DNA of 64,000 nt from a virus: IMG/VR virus record IMGVR_UViG_3300023082_000010, positions 1 to 64,000 of that record; one strand, written 5' to 3'. Numbering within the stretch: position 1 is the stretch's first letter; every line of letters starts with the position of its first letter. This document shows positions 36,746 to 47,116 of the stretch, in pieces. The translations under genes were made by a program, and so were the position numbers. The notes under the pieces were generated by a model. It was not told the DNA's origin. It saw only the letters and a list, made by a program, of their open reading frames with translations, and did no database searches.

Positions 36746-38185
36746 TTATGATATAACTATGTTGGACGCAGACAGCGTGGCGATCTGCTGAAAGCTGATA
36801 GGAATATTGATGACGCCTGTTGGACTAGCAGCTGTACCAATCCGGAGACTGTTGACAAAATGACCGGGAATACTATTAATTGGCGTATAAAGACGGCTGT
36901 AGATAACATCATCCCCAATACCTAAATTATTATTGAAGTATTCTATCAAAGCCGTTTTGATGGCATCATCGCCATTACCGGGATAAGAGCTATCTTTGGT
37001 CAAGCTGATTGTGATATAAATAGGCACAGGATCTGGGCGCTTAAATGCAATATTATGAGCAAACCCTTGTGTGTCATAAATCACAACAACTGTGTCACCA
37101 AAACTTCTGATCCCCATTGGTTTGTTTTCCCAAATAGCTTGTCCAATCTCTGAGGACAAACCACCAAGAACAATAGGAAGAAAGCTGTGAGATGGGATCC
37201 CCATGCTATCTGTTACATCACTATCATTTTCATACACAACTACTTGATCAACACCACTAATATCAATCAATGCTGAATAAATACTGTCCACTGTTGAGCT
37301 TGCACGTTCAAACTTGGTGTTCCTAAAACGGATACGAAGCTCTTCATCTGTCTCAATGTTACGTCCCTCAGATGCAGCAAGGGGGTTTGTAACGTTATCC
37401 CAGCCAAGTTGAGGGGTTAGGATGTTGGTTAATGTACCCACTTCAGATGCAACAGGACCAGCTTCATCAGCCACCACTTCACCTATCTTCTGAATCTTGG
37501 TAATGCCAAGGTTTGCAGAGGTGGTGAGATTAACTACAGAGAAGGGGTCAACTCGTGTAAGAGTGAGGCTTGTACCATTAATACTTGCAGAAAAAGAGGG
37601 GTGTGAGACGCCTACAACAGCTGCAAGACCTGCTACAATGGATGCAGCTGTAGCACCAACTGTTGAGGTATAATTGATGGTGTTTGTTGTGGTTATGCTT
37701 TGATATGTGATGGTGTAGAGCGCGCTATCAGCAATCACTAGAGGAGTGAAGCTGCCACCACTTGCACCTGTAGCTGATAGTGTGACAGGAGCTACAAGAG
37801 TCCACTGTGTACGGTCTACAGAGCTACCGATAGAAAGGTTGTTTGCAATAACAGTGTCCGTGTCACCTGTGAGCAACACTTGAGCTGTGGAGAATGTCTG
37901 CTCTTGGCGTGTAATACCGCCCAAAGCTACAAGGTTATCAAGAGCAATGCCCATAGATGTGTTTGGGTCAAAGGCTGCATAGTCTTGTTGAGCTGCTTCC
38001 CATAGGTCTGCAAGGGACGGAGAGATTGTATTAATCAATCGACCTAGAACAGCACTGTCACTGACATCTACCTGATCGCCTACCGCTACTTGATCTTGAA
38101 ACAACTCAATAGCTTTAGCGCGTAAATCTGAGACAACCTCAGTTAGCCTCTTAATTGCAAAACCTTGGTCAGAGATACCCGCCAT
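36746..38185 (-). CDS. baseplate J-like wedge protein
   Basis: G.ALDNL...GITR, G...ETDEELR.R, HSF..IV.GG. Confidence 0.88.
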   Translation of the reverse strand: MAGISDQGFAIKRLTEVVSDLRAKAIELFQDQVAVGDQVDVSDSAVLGRLINTISPSLADLWEAAQQDYAAFDPNTSMGIALDNLVALGGITRQEQTFSTAQVLLTGDTDTVIANNLSIGSSVDRTQWTLVAPVTLSATGASGGSFTPLVIADSALYTITYQSITTTNTINYTSTVGATAASIVAGLAAVVGVSHPSFSASINGTSLTLTRVDPFSVVNLTTSANLGITKIQKIGEVVADEAGPVASEVGTLTNILTPQLGWDNVTNPLAASEGRNIETDEELRIRFRNTKFERASSTVDSIYSALIDISGVDQVVVYENDSDVTDSMGIPSHSFLPIVLGGLSSEIGQAIWENKPMGIRSFGDTVVVIYDTQGFAHNIAFKRPDPVPIYITISLTKDSSYPGNGDDAIKTALIEYFNNNLGIGDDVIYSRLYTPINSIPGHFVNSLRIGTAASPTGVINIPISFQQIATLSASNIVIS

Positions 38186-38200
38186 TTTATTTCCTTTTAA

Positions 38201-38575
38201 TTAATTTGTTGGGTTAACTGTAATTGTATCCGTCACAGAGCCGTCTACAACTCTGACACTAAAGGTCAGTGAATAAATTCTGTTTACAAGAGTTGAGTCA
38301 AAAGTAACAATCTCTTTGACTCCGGGCTCACTTAAAATAGCTTGTTGGAACAATAGGTCTACGCCAGCTTTTGAAGCTTGCTTGCGGCCTAATATCCTGC
38401 CCCAGTAATCTATACCGTATGCTAGGTTCCAGAAGTACTCTCCCATAAAAGTCAAAAGCAATATTTTAAGCCTTTGAGCCACTGTTTCTGTATAAGGTTG
38501 TGTCGTTTCACTTTTACGTAAAGGACCATTCACCCAAACACAATCATGAGTCACTTCATCTAATTTTAAATCCAC
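38201..38575 (-). CDS. baseplate wedge / sheath initiator (gp25/W-like)
   Basis: VAQRLKI.L.TF.GE.F.....GI; synteny. Confidence 0.75.
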   Translation of the reverse strand: MDLKLDEVTHDCVWVNGPLRKSETTQPYTETVAQRLKILLLTFMGEYFWNLAYGIDYWGRILGRKQASKAGVDLLFQQAILSEPGVKEIVTFDSTLVNRIYSLTFSVRVVDGSVTDTITVNPTN

Positions 38576-38585
38576 CTCTATATCC

Positions 38586-39356
38586 TCAGATCATAGGGCC
38601 TGTATTTGACGGCCCGGATTGCACGCCCGGATGGAAGTGTGTATTGACGTTAACACCATTCAAGGTGTAAATGCCTGTCTGAGTGTACCCACCCAAATGT
38701 GTAATATTGCCAATGAATGTAATATCCGGTACATCCACAGTAATTTGAGGACTGTTAATATTTACACTCTCAGATGCATTAATAGTTGCATTTGAACAAT
38801 TAATAGTGACAGGTTGGTTGCTCGTATTAATCTCAATACTGCCATCAGCTTTTAGCCTTACCTCGCACTCTACAGCACCTAAGTTTCCAAAAAGAACTGT
38901 GTCTTCTGTGCTGTGGGTCAGCACATGCTTGGCTGGGTTGTTTACGGCCATTCCCGGAGGTTGAATTCCCGGATAAAATACAGCATCACCAGCAGCCATC
39001 TTGGAAGTGTTGTTAGGTGTTGAGGGCCTACCATTACCAGATTTCCAAGCATCCATATCTCTCATTGAGAATACAGCTAACCCTGTATCACCCACTTTAA
39101 TGGGGAAGGTCATTCCTGCTGTACTGGACACTTGGAAGCCGATGGGGACACCAAGAATAGGGGGTCTTTCTTTTATACTACCGTCTTGCAGCTTCTGGTT
39201 AATCGTTGGTTGGATATCCACCATCTGCCCAGCACCGCTATCCCTTACAGCCAGAACAATGCAAGGAATGGATGTATTAATACTTTCCATTTTATAATCA
39301 AAAGCTGAGTTCACCGTATCTTGGATAGCAGCTACCAAACCTGTATCAACTGGCAT
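38586..39356 (-). CDS. baseplate central spike (Gp138-like)
   Basis: OB-fold N-terminus FPIK.GD.GL.VF..RD; beta-repeat; iron-binding apex HFH. Confidence 0.85.
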   Translation of the reverse strand: MPVDTGLVAAIQDTVNSAFDYKMESINTSIPCIVLAVRDSGAGQMVDIQPTINQKLQDGSIKERPPILGVPIGFQVSSTAGMTFPIKVGDTGLAVFSMRDMDAWKSGNGRPSTPNNTSKMAAGDAVFYPGIQPPGMAVNNPAKHVLTHSTEDTVLFGNLGAVECEVRLKADGSIEINTSNQPVTINCSNATINASESVNINSPQITVDVPDITFIGNITHLGGYTQTGIYTLNGVNVNTHFHPGVQSGPSNTGPMI

Positions 39357-40245
39357 TTTTATCTACCTTCTCAAGATATGAAGCTCTTATTTCTGTTGCC
39401 CACTCGCGACTTCTCCAACCACCTGTGTGACGAAGACTGTCTACACGAAACCAACCTGTGATGTATGTGTCTTCAAGACGAATAATATCTCCAGCATTGA
39501 TATCTGGATTTAGCATTATTTTCATCTGAATACCGGGTTTCTTGGCCTTATCTTTCTTGGATCTTTTACGATCACCAGCAACACGGTAGGCATTTTCAAT
39601 TAAACCTGTGTATTTAGAAATTACATAAGCTTGATTGAAGTTCTCATTGTTAGCTCTGTCATTATTTTTAACGTACAGAACATCATCATCCACTTGCCAA
39701 TCAAGTGCATACTTGGAAGCTAGTTCATCAAGCATCTCTTTAGGACTACCCATTAAAGGATACCCATAAAGAATTTGATTATTTAGGTTAGTTCCATTGT
39801 AAACACCACGACTAACTCCCGGAAGAGCCTTACGAAGAGTTTCAGCTACATCTCTTACACTTTTACCGGGAGGGACTATCTCACTCAATACAGAGTGGTT
39901 AAGGTCTGTGTATCCACTACCGATCTGAAGCTGTGTCACCAAATCCGTTCCTTGCTTCCTTGTAGAGACGTGGTTAACTTGACCACCAAAGATGCGTTTG
40001 ATGTTACCAGCATCTAAGTACCCTACACTAAAACTTGCAGCTGGGTAGTCTGTATCAAGGAGTTTTATCTGATCAGCGTTGAGATTATAAATTTCAATTG
40101 CCGCAGAGTTGGTACGCTTTTTGTTATCTGTAGACTTTGAAATATCAAAAGTAATCTGAAGCTGATTAGAAACTTGAAAGGCTTCGCCAGTCTTACCATC
40201 ACCTACGATAAGTTCGTAGACTCTATTGATTTGCTGGCCTTCCAT
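39346..40245 (-). CDS. baseplate hub protein
   Basis: ITFDI.K......N.A.I.IYNL; synteny. Confidence 0.75.
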   Translation of the reverse strand: MEGQQINRVYELIVGDGKTGEAFQVSNQLQITFDISKSTDNKKRTNSAAIEIYNLNADQIKLLDTDYPAASFSVGYLDAGNIKRIFGGQVNHVSTRKQGTDLVTQLQIGSGYTDLNHSVLSEIVPPGKSVRDVAETLRKALPGVSRGVYNGTNLNNQILYGYPLMGSPKEMLDELASKYALDWQVDDDVLYVKNNDRANNENFNQAYVISKYTGLIENAYRVAGDRKRSKKDKAKKPGIQMKIMLNPDINAGDIIRLEDTYITGWFRVDSLRHTGGWRSREWATEIRASYLEKVDKNAS

Positions 40246-40251
40246 AAGCTA

Positions 40252-40587
40252 TCAGTCCTCGGTAGAATAGAGATAATAAAAATTATAATACTGGTCAATA
40301 TTTTCAGGGTATACTTTGTAAGGTTCAGAGATAATGTCTGCCTTCTCTTCTAACCAGAAAAAACCAGTAAGAGGGTACAGGGCATAATCTTTGGTTATCG
40401 GATATGTTGGAACCAAACCTACACCAAGCACAATAGGCACATTCTCCGCTGTATAGATAGAAAGAAAATATAACTTAACTCTTTCATTATATTTAAAATC
40501 AAGAATATATGACTGACCTTGAAGATTTACAGCATAGCTATAGTCAGCCTCACTATACAAAGGCAAGGAAATAAAATGATCAGCCAT
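40252..40587 (-). CDS. baseplate/virion structural protein
   Basis: L.G..Y.L.F.YN.R....LSI pattern; synteny. Confidence 0.65.
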   Translation of the reverse strand: MADHFISLPLYSEADYSYAVNLQGQSYILDFKYNERVKLYFLSIYTAENVPIVLGVGLVPTYPITKDYALYPLTGFFWLEEKADIISEPYKVYPENIDQYYNFYYLYSTED

Positions 40588-41368
40588 TGTTTGCCTGTGC
40601 CTCTATTGAAGGATCTACATCTGGTGGATTTTTAGGTGCAGTCCCTGCGTCTGGTGTACTGTCAACCTTACCTTTTGTAGAAGGTGCTGCTGCTTTCTTT
40701 TTCAAAGAGTTAGTAATATCTTTCGGGATAGTGGTTTTCTTCAAGAAAGCAAAAGTAACTTGCTCAAGCGTCATATCAAAATACAGAGCATATCCTGTAT
40801 TGGCATCTTCTTTAAAATTAAGATTTGTTACAACAAGATTGTTAATTACTTTACGAAGTAATGTTCCATCATACTCGTATATTTGAACAAGTTGGATATT
40901 AGGGTCAAACTGTCCAGTTTTGTCATTAAAGATTACACCGGAAGTAAGCTTCTCAAGAGATTCTCTTACTTGTTCAAGCATATCTTCCCTTGCACCATCC
41001 ATAACAACATCAGGGCTACTGTCAGAGAGAAACTGTCCAATGCTATCAGGCAAAAACTTCTTCAAAACACTCTGATCAGTGCTGTTAACACTAACTGGCG
41101 TAGGAGGTAACGAGCTATTGTATGGTGAATTACCTTCATCATCTAAAAGTAAGTAGCTATTGGTGGATATGTCAGCGCCAGATATCACAGCAGACAAGGT
41201 TAGTATCTGATTATCCTTAAGATAATGATCAGTGACGGATGATCCTGTAGAAATAGGGTGCTTAGTTACTTGACCTTTATTATTCCTAGTATATGCAGTG
41301 GTACAGTCAAATGTTATAAAACCTGCATTTTGAGTATTATCAACACCCCAAGAAATTGCTAATGACAT
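40580..41368 (-). CDS. tail tube initiator / Dit-like baseplate protein
   Basis: VT.HPI..GS.VTDH motif; follows the tape measure gene. Confidence 0.7.
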   Translation of the reverse strand: MSLAISWGVDNTQNAGFITFDCTTAYTRNNKGQVTKHPISTGSSVTDHYLKDNQILTLSAVISGADISTNSYLLLDDEGNSPYNSSLPPTPVSVNSTDQSVLKKFLPDSIGQFLSDSSPDVVMDGAREDMLEQVRESLEKLTSGVIFNDKTGQFDPNIQLVQIYEYDGTLLRKVINNLVVTNLNFKEDANTGYALYFDMTLEQVTFAFLKKTTIPKDITNSLKKKAAAPSTKGKVDSTPDAGTAPKNPPDVDPSIEAQANNG

Positions 41369-41380
41369 GTTGATTTATCC

Positions 41381-43657
41381 TTATTCACGGCTTGGGAAGT
41401 TAACTTGAGCTTGTTCAAATGCACCAGTAAGTTGAGCTGTAAATGCTTCTGCCATAGCTTGTGCTTGAACTTCAATATCCATACCACCAAGGGTGGCTGC
41501 ATCAACATTGATTGAGATATCAAACTGATTGGTTTGTGTATTGTTGTTGGTGATTTGTTGATTAGCCTGAGACATGGCAGCAGATTTATTCATATCTGCC
41601 AACTCTTCTGGTGTAGTTGAGTTATACTGAGAGAGGTCTTGGAATGGCTGTCCTGAAGGAGTAACGTCTGGATTTCCGTAAAGCATAAGAGAAGCTTCTA
41701 TCGGATTTCTGTTATCAAATCCAAACCCTTGGTTCTTATAATTGTCGGAGATAATATCCCTTGTAGACAATGTACTCTTAAGCCTTTCACCAAGAGACTC
41801 CGCATCCATTGCTTCTTGTACAGCATTCCCTAAAGCAACACCATCAGGATCAGCTTGGATAGCCTTAAAGTTCTGGTAGGCTTGAGCATTACCCTCACGA
41901 TCTTGGTCAAACTTTGCAGGATTCTGATAGAAAGGGGATGTAGGGTCATCATAAATAGCCCGCCCACGAAGTTTAGCCACTCCAAGACCAACACCGATAT
42001 CTGTGATAGCATCACCAACAACAGCAGCAGGACTTGTATAGGTCATACCGAATGCTGTAGCTTTTTCAGTTTCTGAGCGTTTACCTTTTTCAGGTACAGT
42101 AGGAAGATCGCCATTTTTCCAGCGCTCAAGTGCTGCAATTCCATTTAAAATAGCTGCAATTTCTTGAGAAGTAGCTTTAAGTGTCGGCAAGAAATCAAAT
42201 TTAAGACCAGAAATATCAGTGAAGATTTGTTTAATTGCTTTCCAATCTTCTTGGAGTTGCTTAGTCTTACCTTCACCAAGCCAATTTGCCACAAGACTAT
42301 CTTTACCTTCCAAGGCACGTATGAAGGATTGTGGAAACAGTAGAAGATCATCAGCCCATTTTGTAGCGTTATTGAAGCCTTCTGCCAAGGTTTTAACTAA
42401 CCCACCAGACTCACTTAGTCCAGCGTTAAGGGTGCGGAAAATACGAGCAAAACCCTCTTCTACACCTGAGTTTGAAGCTACTACAGCAAGATCGTTTACA
42501 CTGTTCTGATATCGGGCTTGTTCGGCTTGGGATGCTGTAGAGGCTTTACCTAAAGCACCGCCCTCATTAGCCCGTTGCGAAGCTGTTGCACCGGCATATG
42601 TAAGAATCTCACTAGAAACACTTCCTTTCTTCATATCCGCAAGAAGTTTTTGGATAGCAGCTTGCCCAGTTAATCCACCTCCCTGACCTTTAGCTGCTAG
42701 TTGAGCTTGATAAGCTTGGGCAAAGAGAGCTGTACCACCCGGCAAAGCCTCACTTATTTGGCCGACCAACTCTTCAGATTGCAATTTTCCTTTACCGGCA
42801 ACTTGTGACAATGCCCTGAACAATCTATTTTGAGTAGTCTTATCAAGTTTGTTTACACGGGCAAGCTCTGCAAAACCAGAGAATACTTTCTGACTTTCTT
42901 TAATACTAACACCAGAACCTGTCAATCCGGAAATAAGCTTGTTGTAATCACCGGAAGCGTCTAGGTAGTTAAACCCAATACGTTGACCTTCACCTCTCAA
43001 ATACTGAAAAGAGTTACTACCTTCTTGAGCAGTACCACCAGCTTGTTGTACCACAGCTTGAGATTGTAGCTGAGCACTAACCACTTGCTGGTTACGTTGG
43101 TTGAGCTGTGACAGACCATAGCCGCCGAGGGCCAACCCCAAGGCTGGAGCATAAAGGCGAGACAATCCACCAGCAATACCACCTGCTGCAACAGCAGACC
43201 TTCGTGGAATACCCCTTTCTGCTTCAGCCAATCCTTGTCCTGCAACACGAGGACGCAGCACCGAAGCAGCGGAAGCAACCTTAGTAGCCGCAACCATCGC
43301 TGCAATCATTGACGCGTTAAGATGAGACTGATCAACATTGAACTTTGCAATATGAAATGTTGTTCTTGTAGATGCAATATCTAAAGCTGTACCTAGTGCA
43401 ATATTCAAGGCTGTCTGATTTACATCAAACTTGCCTATATTGAATACCGACTTAAGGCTTGCAATTTCTAAAGCTTTGGCAAGTTCAGCTTCAAGCTTTG
43501 TCTGGTTGACATTGAATCGACCAAGTCGAAAACCACTAGCCCTACCACCTAAACCGTTTAGTCGAGCTTCTAAACCATCAAGAGTTGCATCAACTTTCTT
43601 TACAGAAGCTTTATCAATCTTGATGGAAAACTCTGAAAAGTATTCTGAAATCTTGAT
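41381..43657 (-). CDS. tail tape measure protein (758 aa, probable AUC start)
   Basis: Tape-measure domain ALSQ.AGKGK.QSEEL..QISE.LPG; frame open to ATC at 43657, 9 nt after GGGAG, with an in-frame TAA just upstream. Confidence 0.85.
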   Translation of the reverse strand: MKISEYFSEFSIKIDKASVKKVDATLDGLEARLNGLGGRASGFRLGRFNVNQTKLEAELAKALEIASLKSVFNIGKFDVNQTALNIALGTALDIASTRTTFHIAKFNVDQSHLNASMIAAMVAATKVASAASVLRPRVAGQGLAEAERGIPRRSAVAAGGIAGGLSRLYAPALGLALGGYGLSQLNQRNQQVVSAQLQSQAVVQQAGGTAQEGSNSFQYLRGEGQRIGFNYLDASGDYNKLISGLTGSGVSIKESQKVFSGFAELARVNKLDKTTQNRLFRALSQVAGKGKLQSEELVGQISEALPGGTALFAQAYQAQLAAKGQGGGLTGQAAIQKLLADMKKGSVSSEILTYAGATASQRANEGGALGKASTASQAEQARYQNSVNDLAVVASNSGVEEGFARIFRTLNAGLSESGGLVKTLAEGFNNATKWADDLLLFPQSFIRALEGKDSLVANWLGEGKTKQLQEDWKAIKQIFTDISGLKFDFLPTLKATSQEIAAILNGIAALERWKNGDLPTVPEKGKRSETEKATAFGMTYTSPAAVVGDAITDIGVGLGVAKLRGRAIYDDPTSPFYQNPAKFDQDREGNAQAYQNFKAIQADPDGVALGNAVQEAMDAESLGERLKSTLSTRDIISDNYKNQGFGFDNRNPIEASLMLYGNPDVTPSGQPFQDLSQYNSTTPEELADMNKSAAMSQANQQITNNNTQTNQFDISINVDAATLGGMDIEVQAQAMAEAFTAQLTGAFEQAQVNFPSRE

Positions 43658-43672
43658 AGTATATTACTCCCG

Positions 43673-44223
43673 CTATTTCTTAGTATTCTTAGCTCGAATA
43701 TCAGCTTGTTCTTTTTGTGCATCATACATATCAAGCATTTCAATTGTATTGAACAAAGTTCTTACACTATATCTATCAGATAAAAACTTGGCTGCAAAAT
43801 CAAATCCACCTTTTGGGTGTGTTGCTATGCGATAGATATAGAATGAACCTGAAAACTTATCTTGTATTTCTTTATCTACACTTGATACAGCCGCTAAAGA
43901 TTTTTCTTTTACTCTTCTGTAGCGGGTGCCTGAAAAAAATCAGGGAAGTTCCAAGTAATAACTTTCTGGTACAAGTCAGACAGATGCTTATACTTACGAG
44001 AGAACACAGCATCAAAGCGCTTCTCTGTAATCATCTGATTGTCTTTAGAAACATAGTTACAGATAACTTGTTTACGCATTGCAAGGTTATCTTTACCACT
44101 GTCCAACTCTTCTTGAAATTGCTCAAGAAATTGTAAACCTTTGGTAGTTGGCATAGCACTTACGAGGTACTGAACGCCATCAACTTCAATTTCAGTCTGT
44201 TCTAGGATTTCTAGAGTAGCCAT
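43673..44223 (-). CDS. tail assembly chaperone (short form 43909-44223; -1 frameshift form extends to 43673)
   Basis: T TTT TTT slippery heptamer at 43933-43939; the -1 frame is open to TAG at 43673; directly upstream of the tape measure gene. Confidence 0.8.
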
Positions 44224-44236
44224 GTTAATCCTTTAG

Positions 44237-44734
44237 TTAAAATAGGTCGTTTATAAAGCTTGAAGCTTCATCCAACAAACCATCAAGTAGGTTAGTAGAA
44301 GCTCTTGCATTACCAGCCAAGGTATAGCTTCCTGTCTTTTGCAGGAACAATTCCCATGTGCGAAACTCAAACTGTCCCGAGAATGTTGTAACTGGATAGC
44401 TAGTGAGATATGCTTCATCTGATGAGAACACACTCTTACCAGACTTATCTTTGAGAATCACCGAGATTCTACCTGTACTATATTCCAAATCCTGTTCGTG
44501 AATAGAGGACAACACCTCATTACTTTGAGATGTTTGCAGAACTGGGAATGTAATAGTGGCAGAAGTATCTGTATTTTTAACTCGTGTGTTTTTACCACGA
44601 ATTCCACGAATAGATGTGAATCCTTTCACTGAGCGAGCAATACTAATCCTCTCCCATCCCGTGATTGTATATCCTGCTATCACAAGTTGGATATCCTTTG
44701 GACTATAGCTGTTTACTGTAAATCCATTAGCCAT
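44237..44734 (-). CDS. tail-tube-related structural protein (DUF3277-like)
   Basis: YSPKD..LVIAG..ITG; paralog of the two upstream genes. Confidence 0.7.
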   Translation of the reverse strand: MANGFTVNSYSPKDIQLVIAGYTITGWERISIARSVKGFTSIRGIRGKNTRVKNTDTSATITFPVLQTSQSNEVLSSIHEQDLEYSTGRISVILKDKSGKSVFSSDEAYLTSYPVTTFSGQFEFRTWELFLQKTGSYTLAGNARASTNLLDGLLDEASSFINDLF

Positions 44735-45236
44735 TTAAGACATCCTCAACAATAGGAAGGGCTGAAGATGCAAGGTTAACCAAATCATTTAAGATGGAAG
44801 ATGCATCACCATTACCACCAATATTGATAACTGCCTGAGATGATCTAATCACCCATGTACGAGCTTCAAAACTATCACTCTTGACAATAGGTGGAACAGA
44901 TTCAATCCAACTTGTGGTTGAGAAGAATAAGTCAGAGCCACTACCATCTTTGATGAAGGTTGGAAACTTACCTCTCTGAGTGACCTCGTCCAACAACCAA
45001 AGCTTGGTTAGCACATCGTTGGAGTCGCTACCACTATAAAGAGTTAAGGCAATTGTGTAAGTTTGGTCACTATTGTAAAGTCTTGCTACAGTTCCATCTG
45101 GAGTCTTGACGGTTGTAAAAGGATTAATATCTTTAGTTATAGATATGAAAGTTCCTTTAGCAAAACCGTCAAGAGGGATACCAAATACTAGAAATGTACA
45201 GTCTTCAGGAATGTAAGTTGCAAGATTGTTAGCCAT
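44727..45236 (-). CDS. tail-tube-related structural protein (DUF3277-like)
   Basis: TY.PED.....G..L.GFA.GTFISI. Confidence 0.7.
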   Translation of the reverse strand: MANNLATYIPEDCTFLVFGIPLDGFAKGTFISITKDINPFTTVKTPDGTVARLYNSDQTYTIALTLYSGSDSNDVLTKLWLLDEVTQRGKFPTFIKDGSGSDLFFSTTSWIESVPPIVKSDSFEARTWVIRSSQAVINIGGNGDASSILNDLVNLASSALPIVEDVLNG

Positions 45237-45251
45237 AATCATTCCTTGTTA

Positions 45252-45272
45252 AAGGGCAGAAATTCTGCCCTT
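45252..45272 (-). terminator. hairpin after the tail tube gene
   Basis: AAGGGCAGAA-A-TTCTGCCCTT inverted repeat. Confidence 0.55.
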
Positions 45273-45284
45273 ATTGTACATTTC

Positions 45285-45815
45285 TTAAGTCAACTGCCAA
45301 CGAGTATCAACCTCAGCACCCAATGCATTCATAGCTTGAACTTCGGAAGCAGAGAATAGAGTGTTAGAGCCAATATTAGCACTCAAGCTAACAGCTTGGA
45401 TTACCCAGTCACGAGTCTCAGTAGTTGTACTGAAAGTGGTATCTGGGTTAGTAGCAATAAATGCTTGGTTAGAAGACCAAACACCAGTGCCTGACAAGTC
45501 GCGGATGGTGATTGCAAAAACGAATTTGTTGCCAGTATCATCTTCTTCATCAGCACGTTGTAGAGCTTGCAACACAGCATTCGATGCACTATGTTGAAAC
45601 AAAGTTAGTGTAATGGTAGAAGCTTTATTACGACGCTTGGTACGACCTGTACTCAAATCTGCCGCAACATACAGCTCTGAAGCTGGCGTAATACGGGAGA
45701 TGGATAAAAATGTACCATCGGCCATTCCTGTAAGGGTATGTACGAAATCACCCTTACTAATAACAATGACCATACTTTCTGGGCTGTAACTGCCCAGCAG
45801 AGAATCCGAAGCCAT
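45285..45815 (-). CDS. tail tube protein
   Basis: Immediately after the sheath; YSPES...GMADGTF...TITLTL.Q.S.SN..L. Confidence 0.8.
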   Translation of the reverse strand: MASDSLLGSYSPESMVIVISKGDFVHTLTGMADGTFLSISRITPASELYVAADLSTGRTKRRNKASTITLTLFQHSASNAVLQALQRADEEDDTGNKFVFAITIRDLSGTGVWSSNQAFIATNPDTTFSTTTETRDWVIQAVSLSANIGSNTLFSASEVQAMNALGAEVDTRWQLT

Positions 45816-45832
45816 ATTAATAACCTCCTAGG

Positions 45833-47116
45833 TTATACAGAAAGGAAGCCATTTACGATGACTTTGCGAATGGACCCGGCCAGACGTGCCCGGAATACGA
45901 AAACACCAGCTGTACGAGCAGCACGAAGTGTTACTGGGATGTCCAATACATCAGGTGTAGTTACAGTCCAACCACGAGCAATCAAGCCATTAGCTTCTGC
46001 TTGAGAGAGTACGGAACGAATTTCATTTTCAATGATAACCAAACCTTGGTTTGTCATTGGGATTTTCAAAGTGTTGATCAGGCGGAAGTAGATTTGCTCT
46101 TGCAGACGAGCATAAAGCCAGTCCACTCCAATCGTTTCGTCAATCGGTGTACCATCAAACATGTTACCATCTTGCATCACGTTGACACCACCAACAGCGG
46201 TGTACATGTTCATGTTCTTGGCACGAAGATTTGCACGAGCAGTGTCGCTAATGTTGCTGACAGTTACGCCAGATACACGTTTGAAATCCCAGTCGTTGCT
46301 GCCCGGAGTATAGGCAAGTTGAGCCCCCATCCAAGCTGCTTCAGGGTACTCAGTGTCGGCAGTAGGCAGATAGACGCCATAGGTGCGAGACGCGCTAGCA
46401 GCACTCAAAACAGCGGCAATATCGGTTGTTCCTGTGGTGATTACAGCAGGGTCTTGACTAGATGTACCGAAGATTTTACGGCGACTTGCAACAGCATTAC
46501 TAAGAGCTACCACCTCAGCTTGAACATGGGTATCAGCAACTACTGCATACCAAGTGTTGTTAACTTGAGCAACGGCGTCCAAAGCATCAGCCATAGCTTC
46601 AGTTGACGCAACGTTGGTCTGAGTAAGGTTTGAGCTGCCAGTTACGCTCCAGTTGGAACCGGGAGTGGTTGGTGCCACAGTGAGGCTAGTTGTACCAGAA
46701 AGAGTAATGCCTGCTGGTGTACCAATTGCAGCTTTCAAGCCAGTAACGATGCTAGTGGCAGTAGCACCAGTCCCAGAAGTGAAGGTGTACGGAACACCAT
46801 TGACTGTGACAGTGTAGACAGTTGCATCTGCTACAGTTGGCACCAGTGTAGCACTATCAATCTGGCGACGACCAATTACGATACTTGGTGGGACAGCGCC
46901 AACAGCGCTTTGACCAAATTCTTTCTGAGCGATGATGTAAGCTTTGTCGGTAGCATTAAAGTCTTCTGCAACAGCATCCATGTCACCATAGACACGGGCA
47001 CGTTCAGGGAAATTAGTGAAGGATGCCAGAATCAGGGGGATATTGAAACTAGCTGTGCTAACAGCGGTACTCTCCCGGCTAATCGTAATTTGTACTACGT
47101 TATCAATCTCACTCAT
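45833..47116 (-). CDS. tail sheath protein (DUF3383-like)
   Basis: V.ITISRE......F...LI, W.FK..SGV, IDE..G.DWL, KIP.T..G, A.LAG.I..V.VNG. Confidence 0.9.
   Translation of the reverse strand: MSEIDNVVQITISRESTAVSTASFNIPLILASFTNFPERARVYGDMDAVAEDFNATDKAYIIAQKEFGQSAVGAVPPSIVIGRRQIDSATLVPTVADATVYTVTVNGVPYTFTSGTGATATSIVTGLKAAIGTPAGITLSGTTSLTVAPTTPGSNWSVTGSSNLTQTNVASTEAMADALDAVAQVNNTWYAVVADTHVQAEVVALSNAVASRRKIFGTSSQDPAVITTGTTDIAAVLSAASASRTYGVYLPTADTEYPEAAWMGAQLAYTPGSNDWDFKRVSGVTVSNISDTARANLRAKNMNMYTAVGGVNVMQDGNMFDGTPIDETIGVDWLYARLQEQIYFRLINTLKIPMTNQGLVIIENEIRSVLSQAEANGLIARGWTVTTPDVLDIPVTLRAARTAGVFVFRARLAGSIRKVIVNGFLSV

Noticed and set aside
44237-45815. Three tandem tail-tube-like paralogs as a novelty
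   Set aside because: To my knowledge this arrangement is usual for this type of myovirus tail module.
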